Origin: Octopus sinensis
Taxonomy: Eukaryota
Direction: 5' to 3'
NCBI RefSeq assembly: GCF_006345805.1
Contig: NC_043004.1
Span: 5,270,001-5,334,000, forward strand
Length of the DNA stretch: 64,000 nucleotides
Shown: one piece after another, positions 63,457-64,000 of the stretch
How the letters are laid out: each line of letters starts with the position of its first letter
Numbering within the stretch: position 1 is the stretch's first letter
Program-made: the position numbers and the translations under genes
Notes under the pieces: model-generated
What the model was told of the DNA's origin: nothing
Databases searched by the model: none
The model's input: the letters and a program-made list of their open reading frames with translations, nothing else

Positions 63457-63800
63457 CGTGTGCTGAACCTTTCTTTAAATTTGTTGGGTGTTCTTTTTTT
63501 GTTTTCAACTTCTTAAACTATAGAAAAGCTTTATCTCTTTTATGTTGTTACATGTAACGTGCTAATGTCATAAAAAAGACCTTTTACCTTTACGATTTAC
63601 ATTACCCTTTTTTAAAATTTTGTTAGCATTTATGTAGTCAGGGTTTAAAGTGTTTATAAATGGGTACCTGTTATTTGTAGAACTTTTTACTCAGCAGTTT
63701 TACAGAATGCATTTGAAAAACACAAATTAAAAATTACTGGAAAATTTAATTCCCAATTAGAAAGGACCTAGTTATAATCTGATATTCATTTTTAAAAAAA

Positions 63801-63969
63801 TACTATATTTACTCATGTATAAGTGGCACCCTTAATTTAGTGTTTAAATCTTGCTACAAATTTTTTTCCTTTCATAGTTTAAGCTTTGCCCCATATAAGT
63901 CATATCCCAGTTTTTTTCCATTAAAATAAAGTATTTGACTATGTGACTTATACACAAGTAAATACAGTA
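63801..63969. mobile_element. Tc1/pogo (Tigger-like) MITE with TA target duplication
   Basis: TACTATATTTACTCATGTATAAGT at left versus ACTTATACACAAGTAAATACAGTA at right: imperfect TIRs of about 25 bp. Confidence 0.7.
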
Positions 63970-64000
63970 TACAAGGGGATGCTGAAAAGTTCCTGGTTTT
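63970..64000 (+). mobile_element. Start of a mariner-like element, truncated by the window edge
   Basis: TACAAGGGGATGCTGAAAAGTTCCTGG resembles mariner TIRs (TACGAGGG...AAAAGTT). Confidence 0.55.

Overview
AT-rich, repeat-dense eukaryotic DNA, most likely a coleoid cephalopod (Octopus-type). The species call is inferred from the SINE and RTE repeat sequences as I recall them, not from a search. The window opens with the 3' half of a Ty3/Gypsy LTR retrotransposon (RNase H end, integrase, polypurine tract, complete 232-bp 3' LTR). The rest is mostly intron-like or intergenic DNA with dozens of tRNA-headed SINEs, RTE LINE 3' ends, CR1-group, Hero-like and CRE-like LINE remnants, Penelope-like foldbacks, Helitron-like elements, MITEs and microsatellites. 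Nearly all ORFs in the supplied track other than 227-1513 are repeat- or microsatellite-derived. Two CpG-rich zones (about 1-11.4 kb and 42.4-45.4 kb) hold promoter-like motifs and strong splice donors, suggesting a divergent gene pair near 10.1 kb and a gene start near 43.5 kb. Several short exon candidates can be chained in frame, but none could be assigned to a named protein. The most notable observations are (i) minimal type-I hammerhead-ribozyme-like motifs with palindromic stem III (6124-6166, 3769-3813, decayed copies at 14.0-14.3 kb and 32.1-32.2 kb, a partial one at 43.8 kb), (ii) a recently duplicated 93-nt exon-like cassette whose two copies are separated by a ~175-bp SINE foldback, and (iii) a 38-aa signal-peptide-like ORF in a promoter-like CpG block.
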